A stretch of 64,000 nucleotides of DNA, from contig JANPEF010000061.1 in NCBI GenBank assembly GCA_031431875.1, positions 15,764-79,763 of the forward strand, read 5' to 3'. Under the pieces are notes generated by a model. It was not told the origin of the DNA. It searched no databases and saw only the letters and a program-made list of their open reading frames with translations. This stretch comes from Candidatus Eiseniibacteriota bacterium (GTDB lineage: Bacteria; Eisenbacteria; RBG-16-71-46; DASYSL01). Positions 1 through 8,385 of this stretch are shown in pieces. The position numbers were made by a program, and so were the translations under genes. Each line of letters begins with the position of its first letter. The first letter of the stretch is position 1.

Positions 1-222
1 CTCGCCGACCCAGCCAAGGCCCAGCGAAGCGAGCGTGATCCCGAGCTGGCAGGCCGAGAGGTAGGCGTCGAGCTGGCCCACGATCTTCTCGGCCGCCGCG
101 GCGGTCGTGTTTCCCGCCCGCGCAAGCTGGCGCAGGCGGGTGGCCCGCACCTTGACGAGCGCGAACTCGGTGGCGACGAAGAAGCCATTCAACGCGACGA
201 GGAACAGCGCGAGCAGGATCAT
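1..222 (-). CDS. CNNM/DUF21-domain (HlyC/CorC family) membrane protein, N-terminal part; gene continues beyond the window start
   Basis: The reverse-strand translation from the ATG at 222 reads MILLALFLVALNGFFVATEFALVKVRATRLRQLARAGNTTAAAAEKIVGQLDAYLSACQLGITLASLGLGWVGE, a typical DUF21 N-terminus; it lies 4 nt downstream of the pepE stop on the same strand; there is no stop inside the window. Confidence 0.5.
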   Translation of the reverse strand, partial: MILLALFLVALNGFFVATEFALVKVRATRLRQLARAGNTTAAAAEKIVGQLDAYLSACQLGITLASLGLGWVGE

Positions 223-226
223 GGCG

Positions 227-958
227 TCAGGCGACCAGGGAGCGGGTGGGCAGCGCGGTCTCGCGCGCGGTGGGCGCGGTCTCGGCGCCGGACGGGCCGG
301 CGGGCTCGACGCGGTACGCGCCGGCACCCGGACGGAAGCTCACCGCCTCGACGAAGCGCGTGTCCTCGAAGACGACGGCCGCACCATCGTCGGCCGCGTA
401 GCCGGGAGCGAGCGTGCCTTCGGCGACGAACTGGTGGTACAGCGGGCGACGCGTGACCTCGCTGTCGTAGTGAGGGCAGAAGCTGCCCTCGAGAATCCCG
501 AGCAGGTGATGGAGCGGTTTGAGCGCCGTGGGATGGAACGAGTCGGTCACGCCCTCCTCGAACCAGCACAGGCCGCCGGCCGACACACCCGCCATGACCG
601 TGCCCTGCTCCCAGGCGCGGCGCAGCAGCGCGTCGACGCCATGCACCCCCCAGATCGCCGCCAGGTTCGCGGTGTTGCCGCCGGTGACGAAGATCAGGTC
701 CTGGGCGAGCACGAGCGGGGCCAGGTCCTCGTGCTCGCGGTTGAACAGGCGCAGCACCGACGGCACGCAGCGGCGCTCGAGGAACGAGCGGTGAAACGCC
801 TCGATCACCGGCTCGGCATCGCCGCCCGCAGTCGGCACGAGCAGGACGCGCGGATGCTCGCGGCCCGTGCGCGCCAGCAGGAAGTCGTCGAGCGCGTTGC
901 CGGGATCGGTGCGGAAACTGCCGCCGCCGATCGCCACGATGGTGCGGGCGTTCGTCAT
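227..958 (-). CDS. pepE: Peptidase E / S51-family dipeptidase (cyanophycinase-like fold)
   Basis: ORF 227..1057 (-); internal ATG MTNARTIVAIGGGSF... is preceded by GGAGG 7 nt upstream; the GG(N)TANLAAIW and SAGG motifs match S51 peptidases. Confidence 0.7.
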   Translation of the reverse strand: MTNARTIVAIGGGSFRTDPGNALDDFLLARTGREHPRVLLVPTAGGDAEPVIEAFHRSFLERRCVPSVLRLFNREHEDLAPLVLAQDLIFVTGGNTANLAAIWGVHGVDALLRRAWEQGTVMAGVSAGGLCWFEEGVTDSFHPTALKPLHHLLGILEGSFCPHYDSEVTRRPLYHQFVAEGTLAPGYAADDGAAVVFEDTRFVEAVSFRPGAGAYRVEPAGPSGAETAPTARETALPTRSLVA

Positions 959-2304
959 CGCGTCTTCCCTCCATGGAACGAGAGCACGTGGGCGGCCGCG
1001 GCCCTCCCGGAACGGACGGCCGCCTCGATCGTGGCGGGCAGCTCGCTCGCGGTCCAATCGCCCGCGACGACCAGGCCCGGCCGCCCCGTCGTGACCGCGG
1101 GCCGGGCACCGACTGAGACCGCATCATACGACGGCGTGGCCCGCGGTTCCTTGACCACGCGCGCATCGAGCGGCGTGGCCGTCGTGAGATCGTAGGCGGA
1201 CAGCGTCGCCCGTGCGGCCTCGACCACGCGCGCGACCGGCTGGGCGACGAGCGTGCGGGCGGCACTGGCGACCACGGTGATCGCGTGGCGACCGTCGCGG
1301 GCGCCCACGAGCGCGCTGCGGTCGAAGGCCCAGTGGAACCCGGGTCCGCCGCCGGCGGGGGGAGCCACGAGACCGACGACCGGCGCGGTGAGCACCGGCC
1401 GGTCGAACCACAGGGTCACGGTGACGATCGGCGCGGAGGGCACCGCGGCCGCGGCGTCGAGGCTGCGCGCGATGTCGGGCCACGCCGCGGCGACGAGCTC
1501 GCGCGCCTCGGCGGCGGGCACGGCGAGCACGACGTGAGGCACGTCGAACGTGCGACCGTCCTCGAGCGTCACGCGCTGCGCCCCGTCGGCCGCCGGGCCC
1601 ACCGCCGCCACCGCGTGCCCGAGGAACGCCTGCCCGCCGCGCGCGGCCAGCACGGCACCGACGGGGGCAACGAGTTCGCCCAGGCCGACGCTCGCCAGGC
1701 CGAGCGCGGCATCGCTTGCGGTGCCGCGGAATGCGTTGACGACCGTCGAGAAGAGAAGCGCGGCGGGTGCGCGGTCGGGTGTTTCGTTGATCGCCGCCTC
1801 GGTGAGCGGGTGCCAGAAGAAGCGACGCACCGTGGGCCCCGCAGCGGCGCCGAGCGTATCGAGCCAGCGCTCGACGGTCGCACCCGGCGGCGGCGGCGGC
1901 GCACTCACCAGCGCGCGCGCCAGGCCGATGCGCTCGCCGAGCGGAATGCGCGTCCAGCACGCGAGTCCGAGCGCGAGCCCCGCGCGGCCCAGGGCACCCG
2001 GAGCGGTCAGCCGGCTCGTGCGTCCGCCCAGCTCGCGGTACTCGAGATCGAGTCCGTCCTGGAACGCGACCAGCGACGCCGTGCCGAGGCGCGCGAGCAG
2101 TGCGCGCGTTTTCGCGTAGCAGCCGAGGAACACGTGCTGTCCGTTGTCGACCGGATCGCCGAGCCGCGGATCGGGCCACGAGGTCGCGCGGCCTCCCCAC
2201 GTGCGGCGGGCCTCGAGCAGCGTGACGCGCGCGCCGGCGTCGCTCAGCGCGACGGACGCGGCCACGCCCGCCCAGCCGCCACCGATGACGATCGCGTCGT
2301 TCAT
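955..2304 (-). CDS. hpnE: Hydroxysqualene dehydroxylase HpnE (FAD-dependent amine-oxidase/phytoene-desaturase family)
   Basis: Start at MNDAIVIGGGWAGVAAS (Rossmann GxGxxG); the start overlaps the stop of the upstream hpnC/D ORF and the stop overlaps the pepE start by 4 nt; amine-oxidase-like throughout. Confidence 0.75.
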   Translation of the reverse strand: MNDAIVIGGGWAGVAASVALSDAGARVTLLEARRTWGGRATSWPDPRLGDPVDNGQHVFLGCYAKTRALLARLGTASLVAFQDGLDLEYRELGGRTSRLTAPGALGRAGLALGLACWTRIPLGERIGLARALVSAPPPPPGATVERWLDTLGAAAGPTVRRFFWHPLTEAAINETPDRAPAALLFSTVVNAFRGTASDAALGLASVGLGELVAPVGAVLAARGGQAFLGHAVAAVGPAADGAQRVTLEDGRTFDVPHVVLAVPAAEARELVAAAWPDIARSLDAAAAVPSAPIVTVTLWFDRPVLTAPVVGLVAPPAGGGPGFHWAFDRSALVGARDGRHAITVVASAARTLVAQPVARVVEAARATLSAYDLTTATPLDARVVKEPRATPSYDAVSVGARPAVTTGRPGLVVAGDWTASELPATIEAAVRSGRAAAAHVLSFHGGKTR

Positions 2305-3989
2305 CGCCGGTGGCCCAGCACACCGAGCCCGCGCAGTGCCGACTCGAGGCGCGGCAGGCGGACGCGCGTCGTCCACGTCCGTGCCGGATCATCCTCGAGC
2401 CGCGTGAGCACCGCCTCGTAGACGCGCCCCATGCCCAGGGCCGGCGCAAGCGCGCGTTCGGCGCCGGGCGGCACGGCGGTGCGAGCCGCGGCGAACGCGG
2501 CGCGGGCGCGGCCGGCGAGGGCGCGGGCGACCCGGCGAAACGCAGGAGGCATGTGCGCGGCAGCCAGGTCGTCGAGGCCGAGGCCGGTGGGGCCGAGGTC
2601 GTCGGCAGGCACGTAGAGGCGGCCGACGCGCGCATCGGCGGCGACGTCGCGCAGCACGTTCGTGCGCTGGAGGGCGACGCCGAGCGCGATGGCAAAGGCG
2701 CGCGCATCCTCACGTGCGAAGACCGGAAGCGCGGCGAGCCCCGGGCCGCCGCCCACCTGGCGACAGTACTGTTCGAGATCGGCGTCGTTCACGATGGGCG
2801 GGGCGGCGGCGTCGGCGGCGAGCCCGTCGACGAGCCCGGTGAGGCCCTCGTGCAGCAGGCCGTCGAGCGGCGCGCCGAGTGTGGCCCAGGCGCGGGCGAC
2901 ACGGCGGGCCGCGAGCATGCGCGGCGCGCCGGCAGCGAGGGCTGCGACTTCGGCGCGGGCGGCGTCGACCGCGGCGCACGCGATCGCTGCGTCCGGTGCC
3001 TCGTCAACATCGTCGTCGAAGGCGCGGCATAGCGCATGAAGCGCGGCGAGCGCCTCGCGTCGCGGCGCCGGCAGGAGCAGGAACGCCGGGGCGAACGACG
3101 AGCCCGCGGGCCCGCCGGTTGCGCGTGCCCGCACCGCGCGGAGGGCGATGCGCGCGCGATCACCGCCGCCCAGGGAAGGGCGCGTGCGGAAGGCGCGGGG
3201 GCCGAGCGCGCGACTGCGCTCGAGAATCGTGCGGCCTCCGGCGTGCACGGCGGCGAGCCATGGGCCGAGTGCGCGAGGCGCGCTCATCACCAGCGGCGCG
3301 GCATCGTCGAACAAGCGCGCCGTGCGGGCGATCGCATAGGCAAGGGCGCGCTCGTCGCCCCAGCGGCCACGCTCCTCGCGCGGCAAGTAGCAACGCCCGC
3401 GCGGCTCGTCGCGGGAGAGGTCCTGCCAGTGATTGGCGAGCTGGAGCGCGGTGCACAGGCGATCGGAGCGCTCGGAGTTCTCGGGGTCGGTGTCGCCGGC
3501 AGCGGCAAGCACGAGGCGCCCGACCGGCTCGGCCGAGTCGCGGGAATACGACAGCAGATCGTCCCATGTGTCGTACGCGGGCTGGACCAGGTCGCGCTCG
3601 AACGCGTCGAGCAGGCGCGCGAAGAGGCTCGTGTCGAGGCCGAGCCCGGCGCGTGTTGCGGCGAGCGCCGCGAAGATCGCGTCATCGCCGTGCCAGCGGC
3701 CATCGGGACCAGGCGGGAGCGGTGCGGGCGCCTCGAGCCGGGCGCGCAGGGCGGCAAGAGCCGCGCGGCGTGCGGCGAGCGAGCCACCGCCGGGTTCGTC
3801 GGCGACGTCGTCGGCGCGGCGCGCGAATGCATAGAACGCGGCCAGGTGCGGGCGCATGGCGCGGGGGAGCAGCAGCGTGGCGACCGGGAAGTTCTCGGCG
3901 TGTGCGGCCGCACTGCGGCGACAGGCGTCGTAGGCCGCGGCGAGCGCGGCGGACGGCGCGGGGGACGGGACGACGGCATCGGGCGGCAC
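2301..3989 (-). CDS. hpnC/hpnD: Squalene/phytoene-synthase family, two tandem domains in one frame: HpnC-like (ENFPVA..LLP) followed by HpnD-like (FLLLPAPRREAL..CRAFDDDVDE); apparent hpnC-hpnD fusion
   Basis: ORF 2301..4181 (-), 626 aa, with no stop between the two isoprenoid-synthase halves. The proposed start is the GTG at 3989 (V65 of the ORF), chosen so the gene does not overlap the divergent peptidase gene at 4073; the true start is uncertain. A GTG at 3134 could be an internal HpnD restart. Confidence 0.6.
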   Translation of the reverse strand: MPPDAVVPSPAPSAALAAAYDACRRSAAAHAENFPVATLLLPRAMRPHLAAFYAFARRADDVADEPGGGSLAARRAALAALRARLEAPAPLPPGPDGRWHGDDAIFAALAATRAGLGLDTSLFARLLDAFERDLVQPAYDTWDDLLSYSRDSAEPVGRLVLAAAGDTDPENSERSDRLCTALQLANHWQDLSRDEPRGRCYLPREERGRWGDERALAYAIARTARLFDDAAPLVMSAPRALGPWLAAVHAGGRTILERSRALGPRAFRTRPSLGGGDRARIALRAVRARATGGPAGSSFAPAFLLLPAPRREALAALHALCRAFDDDVDEAPDAAIACAAVDAARAEVAALAAGAPRMLAARRVARAWATLGAPLDGLLHEGLTGLVDGLAADAAAPPIVNDADLEQYCRQVGGGPGLAALPVFAREDARAFAIALGVALQRTNVLRDVAADARVGRLYVPADDLGPTGLGLDDLAAAHMPPAFRRVARALAGRARAAFAAARTAVPPGAERALAPALGMGRVYEAVLTRLEDDPARTWTTRVRLPRLESALRGLGVLGHRR

Positions 3990-4072
3990 GGCCGCAGCGT
4001 AGCCGACACCCCCGGCCCCCGCAGCGGAAAATGCGCTGCCCCCGCCGGGAAGCCGTGCTAGCGTCCCGGCCC

Positions 4073-6067
4073 ATGAGCGCCCCCCGAGCCGTCCGCGTCC
4101 TCGCCACCGTCTTCGCTCTCGCCGGCGCCCTTGCCGCGCGGCCGATCCCGTCGTCCGCGGCCGATCCCGCAGCGGGCACACTGCGCGAGGAGGGCACGCG
4201 CGCGCGCCTGCCCCGGCCGCCGGCGCCGATCGTCGCCGCCTTGCCCGCCGGAGCCGACGTCGAGCGCTATCTCAACATCCGCTCGGCGGGGATGCCCGAC
4301 TGGTCCGCCTCGGGACGTCGCCTCGCGTTCCGGACGGCGATCACCGGGCAGAACCAGGTGTGGATGGTGGATCGCGCCGGCGCATGGCCGACGCAGGTCA
4401 CGTTCGGGACCGAACCGGTCGGCGCGTTCGCGTGGTCGCCGGTGGACGACGATCGCCTGATCTTCAGCCGCGACGTCGGTGGCAACGAGCGTCGCCAACT
4501 CTACCTTGCCGACGTGGCGACCGGAGCGGTCCGCCGCCTCACCACGCGCGACGACGTCATCCACAACTGGGGCGGCTGGTCGCGCGACGGCCGCCGCATC
4601 GCCTACACCGCGAACGAGCGCAACCAGGCGTTCTTCGACGTGTACGTGATGGACGTCGAGAGCGGCGTCGCACGGCGCATCCTCGAGCGCGATGGGGCGA
4701 TGTACGGATCGGGATTCACGCCGGACGGCACGCACTACCTCGCCGCCGAGATCCGCTCGAGCCAGGACATGGACCTGTGGCTGCTCGACGCGGACGGGAC
4801 GCCGGCGCCGCGACGTCTCACGCCGGAGGACAACGCCGCGGCCTACGGAGATGCGGCCTGGATGCCGGACGGAAAGAGCCTCCTGTTGATGGGCAACCGC
4901 GATCGCGAGTTCGCCAGCCGGGCCCGGCTCGATGTGGCGACCGGCGGGCTCGCTTACGCCGACTCGCTCGCCTGGGACCTCGAGGAACTCGCGCTGTCGG
5001 ACGACGGCCGGATGCTCGCGACCGTGGTCAACGAGGACGGCCGCGGGCGGCTCGTCGTGCGCGACCTGCGCCTGCGCAGCGCGGACCAGGCGATTCGTCT
5101 GCCCGAACTGCCCGACGGCACCGTGACCGATCCCGTCTGGTCGCGCGACGGCACCCGCCTGGCGTTCGCGCTCAGCGGCCCGCAGCACCCGTCGGATGTG
5201 TGGGTGTTCGATCGCACGGCGAGCACCGTGACGCGCTGGACCGACTCGTGGACCGCGGGCATTCCGCGCGCGACGTTCGCGGCCAGCCGGCTCGTGCACT
5301 TCGACTCGTTCGACGGGACGCGCATCGCCGGCTTCCTCTACCTGCCGCCCGGAACGAGCGGACCGGTGCCGATCGTGTTCAGCGTGCACGGCGGACCCGA
5401 GGAGCAGGCGAAGGCCGTGTTCTCGCCGCTCATCCAGTACTTCGTGCAGCGCGGCTTCGGTGTCTACCAGCCGAACGTGCGCGGATCGACCGGCTACGGG
5501 CGCTCGTTCGCGCGCCTCGACGATGTCGGGAAGCGCCTCGACTCGGTGAAGGACCTGACCGCGGCCGCGCAATGGCTGGTCGCCCAGGGAATCGCCGAGC
5601 CTGGCCGCATCGCGGTCAGCGGGGGATCGTATGGCGGGTACATGACCCTCGCCGCGCTCGCGTTCGATCCCGGGACGTGGGCGTGCGGGGTCGACATCGT
5701 CGGGATCTCGGACCTGCGCACGTTCATCGCCAACACCGGCGCCTGGCGCCGCAACCTGCGCGCCGCCGAGTATGGCGATCCCGACAAGGACGGCGCGGCG
5801 ATGGATGCCGCCTCGCCGATCCATCGCGTGGCCGACATCCGTGCGCCGCTCATGGTGATCCAGGGCGCAAACGATCCGCGCGTGCCGCAGTCCGAGGCCG
5901 ACCAGATGGTCGCGGCGTTGCGCGCCCGTGGCGTGACCGTCGACTACCTGCTCTATCCCGATGAGGGGCACGGCCTGGCCAAGCTCCCCAACCGCATCAC
6001 CGCCTACACGAAGATGGCCGATTTCTTCACCACCCACCTCAAGCCCGCGGTGTCGGCGACGCCCTGA
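4073..6067 (+). CDS. S9-family serine peptidase (prolyl oligopeptidase / acylaminoacyl-peptidase type) with N-terminal beta-propeller and signal peptide
   Basis: In frame within ORF 2879..6067; ATG at 4073 followed by signal peptide MSAPRAVRVLATVFALAGALAARP; WSPDG propeller repeats; C-terminal GGSYGGYM nucleophile elbow and the D and H catalytic residues. Confidence 0.8.
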   Translation: MSAPRAVRVLATVFALAGALAARPIPSSAADPAAGTLREEGTRARLPRPPAPIVAALPAGADVERYLNIRSAGMPDWSASGRRLAFRTAITGQNQVWMVDRAGAWPTQVTFGTEPVGAFAWSPVDDDRLIFSRDVGGNERRQLYLADVATGAVRRLTTRDDVIHNWGGWSRDGRRIAYTANERNQAFFDVYVMDVESGVARRILERDGAMYGSGFTPDGTHYLAAEIRSSQDMDLWLLDADGTPAPRRLTPEDNAAAYGDAAWMPDGKSLLLMGNRDREFASRARLDVATGGLAYADSLAWDLEELALSDDGRMLATVVNEDGRGRLVVRDLRLRSADQAIRLPELPDGTVTDPVWSRDGTRLAFALSGPQHPSDVWVFDRTASTVTRWTDSWTAGIPRATFAASRLVHFDSFDGTRIAGFLYLPPGTSGPVPIVFSVHGGPEEQAKAVFSPLIQYFVQRGFGVYQPNVRGSTGYGRSFARLDDVGKRLDSVKDLTAAAQWLVAQGIAEPGRIAVSGGSYGGYMTLAALAFDPGTWACGVDIVGISDLRTFIANTGAWRRNLRAAEYGDPDKDGAAMDAASPIHRVADIRAPLMVIQGANDPRVPQSEADQMVAALRARGVTVDYLLYPDEGHGLAKLPNRITAYTKMADFFTTHLKPAVSATP

Positions 6068-6134
6068 CGCCGCTGCAGGCCGCGCCATCGTGCAAAGCGC
6101 CTCGTCATCGGGGCCGTTCGGGGCCGCGCCGGGC

Positions 6135-6163
6135 TTGGTCCGGCGAGGCACCCGCGTTACAAT
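6135..6163 (+). promoter_or_regulatory. Sigma70-like promoter TTGGTC-N17-TACAAT upstream of the 6200 gene
   Basis: TTGGTC at 6135-6140 and TACAAT at 6158-6163 with a 17-nt spacer; GGAGG Shine-Dalgarno about 10 nt before the ATG at 6200. Confidence 0.4.
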
Positions 6164-6199
6164 TGCGGACATGGTTCTCCCCGCGGAGGTCGCTCGTCC

Positions 6200-7876
6200 A
6201 TGAAGTCGTTCAGCCGGATCCTCCCGCTCCACGTCCTGCTTGCCGGCGCCATCGCGCCCGCTGCCGGGGCGCAGTGCACGTATCCGCTGATCACCAACGG
6301 CGCGACGGTGACCGCTTCGAGCCAGGTGGCCTCGGTGCGCTTCGCGACGCCGATCACTTCCTTCGTCGCCCTCGGCCTGCGCTCCGACGCCGGCAGCGAT
6401 CATTCCCTCGCCCTGTACGGCGCGACGGGCGGCGCGCCTGCGTGCGGCAGCGGACTTCTCGCCACGTCGAACACGCCGGCAGGCGTCGAGGTGCTCGTCG
6501 GCGACTACCGCCCGGGACACAACCCGACCGGTCCGCGCTTTGCGACGGGAACACGGACCAGCGGCACGGGCGGCATGACGTTCGAACTGGAGACCACCGC
6601 GCGCATCCTGGTCGCCGGCACGCCGCCCGAGTCGTCGCTCGTGGCACCGCCGGTGCTCGACGTCTACCAGACGTTCCTCGAGGCCGGCAGTTCCTACACG
6701 TTCAACCTGGCGAGTGCGGGACCCGATCTCATGGTGCTCGTCTTCCGCAACCCGGGAGCGAATCCGTTCTGGGCCGGTCGCGGCGCCCCGGAGATGCTCG
6801 CCAGCGCGAACGGCCCCACGCTGTTCACTGCACCCGCGTCGGACGACTACGCCCTGGTCGTGGTCAACGATGACGGGGCCGCCGGCACGTACACGCTCTG
6901 GGTCGAGCTGTGCCAGGAGCCCGATACGCTGCTGTCGACTGTGGCGCGCCCGGTGACGTATCCGTATCGCGACAAGCTCGCCATCGAGGACCTCTACTGG
7001 CAAGGCGTCGGCGTTCGCCCCGACGCGGGCTCGGATTGGAACCTCGCGCTCTACGACACGGCGCGCGGGGCACCGGAACCCATCTGCTTCGAGGGCCTGG
7101 TGACGTCGTCTTCGCGCACGAGCGGCGTGGACTTCGTCGTCGGTGACCTGTCGAGCGGACCGCTCAAGCCGTTCTACGTGCGCGAACTGCGCGCCGGGGG
7201 AGACGGTGGCGCCACGGTCGAGTGGGACGCGGGTCCCGACGAGATCGCGGTCGGGGACACGCTGAGCCCGATCGTCCGCACGACCGGCCCCGCGGACGTG
7301 CTCACGGTCTGGGACGCGTACCTGAATCCCGGCACGACCTACACCGTGCTGTTCTCGCCCTCCGGGAGTGCGGAGCTGCGCTGGTTCCTCTTCGCCAACC
7401 CGGCGCAGGGCCCCGGCGGGGAGCGCTGGTTCGCGCGCGACGAGGCGATCCTCACGGCCACGGGGAACGCGCTGGTGACGCCGACCACCCAGGGCTGGCA
7501 CGGACTGGTCGTGGTCAACGAGAACGGCGCGGCCGGTTCGTATTCGCTCGCGATCGCCGGGCTGCCCTACGTCGGTGTCCCGGACGGGGGCGTGCTGCGC
7601 AACGCGCTGGGGGCGATCCAGCCCAACCCGATGCGCACCCGCGCGACGATCGGCTTCACGCTTGCCCGCACCGCTCGCGTCACGATCGAGATCGTCGACG
7701 TGGCGGGGCGCATCGTCGCGCTGGTCGACGGCGGAATGCAGGAGGGGGGACCGGGCGGGCTGGCCTGGGACGGGCGCGATGTGCAGGGCAGCCGGGCCGG
7801 CCCAGGCGTGTACTTCGCGCGCCTGGTGGTCGACGGTGCGGCGATCGGAGCGGCGCGACTCGTCCTCCTCCGCTAG
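6200..7876 (+). CDS. Secreted protein with three PPC-like (pre-peptidase C-terminal) repeat domains and a FlgD-Ig / T9SS-type C-terminal sorting domain; no catalytic domain recognised
   Basis: Signal peptide MKSFSRILPLHVLLAGAIAPAAGA; three repeats ending ...DDYALVVVNDDGAAGTYTLWV or ...VVVNENGAAGSYSL; C-terminus PNPMRTRATIGFTLARTARVTIEIVDVAGRIVALVDGG...GVYFARLVVDGAAIGAARLVLLR matches the FlgD-like/Por-secretion CTD pattern. Confidence 0.7.
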   Translation: MKSFSRILPLHVLLAGAIAPAAGAQCTYPLITNGATVTASSQVASVRFATPITSFVALGLRSDAGSDHSLALYGATGGAPACGSGLLATSNTPAGVEVLVGDYRPGHNPTGPRFATGTRTSGTGGMTFELETTARILVAGTPPESSLVAPPVLDVYQTFLEAGSSYTFNLASAGPDLMVLVFRNPGANPFWAGRGAPEMLASANGPTLFTAPASDDYALVVVNDDGAAGTYTLWVELCQEPDTLLSTVARPVTYPYRDKLAIEDLYWQGVGVRPDAGSDWNLALYDTARGAPEPICFEGLVTSSSRTSGVDFVVGDLSSGPLKPFYVRELRAGGDGGATVEWDAGPDEIAVGDTLSPIVRTTGPADVLTVWDAYLNPGTTYTVLFSPSGSAELRWFLFANPAQGPGGERWFARDEAILTATGNALVTPTTQGWHGLVVVNENGAAGSYSLAIAGLPYVGVPDGGVLRNALGAIQPNPMRTRATIGFTLARTARVTIEIVDVAGRIVALVDGGMQEGGPGGLAWDGRDVQGSRAGPGVYFARLVVDGAAIGAARLVLLR

Positions 7877-7879
7877 ACT
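7874..7879 (+). promoter_or_regulatory. -10-like TAGACT 6 nt upstream of the ATG at 7886 (leaderless-type architecture)
   Basis: TAGACT at 7874-7879, GCGCGG, then ATG 7886; the same TAnnnT-N6/7-start layout recurs at 10590, 13962 (minus strand), 43609 and 51223. Confidence 0.3.
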
Positions 7880-7885
7880 GCGCGG

Positions 7886-8305
7886 ATGGACACGTACCGC
7901 CTCTGGGTTGCGATCACGCCCCGCTTTCGTGACACCGACGCCATGGGCCACGTCAACAACGCGGTCTACCTCACGTATTTCGAGGTCGCGCGCACCGCCT
8001 ACTGGACCGCGCTGACCGGCGATCCCGATTACCAGCGCGTCCCGTTCATCCTCGCCCACACGACGCTCGACTTCCGCTCGCCGGCACTCGTGCGCGAGGC
8101 ACTCGAGGTCGGCATCCGCGTCGAGCGCGTGGGCACCAAGTCCTTCGCCTGCGCCTACCGGATCGAGGAGGCGACGTCGCGGCGCCTGGTCTGCGAGGGC
8201 CGCTCCGTGCAGGTCATCTTCGATTACGCGAAGAACGAGAGCTACCCGGTGCCCCCCGAGCTGCGGGCCAGCCTGCGCGCCTTCGAGGGCTGTCCGGACC
8301 TGTAG
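7886..8305 (+). CDS. Acyl-CoA thioesterase, 4HBT/YbgC-like hotdog fold
   Basis: 139 aa; the RFRDTDAMGHVNNAVYLTYFEVAR motif is typical of YbgC/4HBT thioesterases. Confidence 0.75.
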   Translation: MDTYRLWVAITPRFRDTDAMGHVNNAVYLTYFEVARTAYWTALTGDPDYQRVPFILAHTTLDFRSPALVREALEVGIRVERVGTKSFACAYRIEEATSRRLVCEGRSVQVIFDYAKNESYPVPPELRASLRAFEGCPDL

Positions 8306-8385
8306 ACGCGCCCGCGCCGATCCGGTAGCCTCCCGCGGTCCGGGCCCAGGGCCCGGCCGACCACCATCCAATGGAAGGAACGCCG

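Noticed and set aside
2879-4072. 398-aa N-terminal extension of the S9 peptidase ORF (MWPRRGRHGG...)
   Set aside because: It overlaps hpnC/D on the opposite strand and is Arg-rich junk. The signal peptide begins at the internal ATG 4073, and that ATG is a far better start.
4058-8371. 1437-aa ORF on the minus strand (also 11728..14640, 47815..50802, 20174..22960, 23227..25377 and other very long ORFs antisense to recognisable genes)
   Set aside because: They are antisense to confidently identified genes (S9 peptidase, PPC protein, ctaB/engB, histidine kinases, amidohydrolases). Their composition is extreme Arg/Pro/Gly/His with no domains. Long stop-free frames are expected by chance at ~70% GC.
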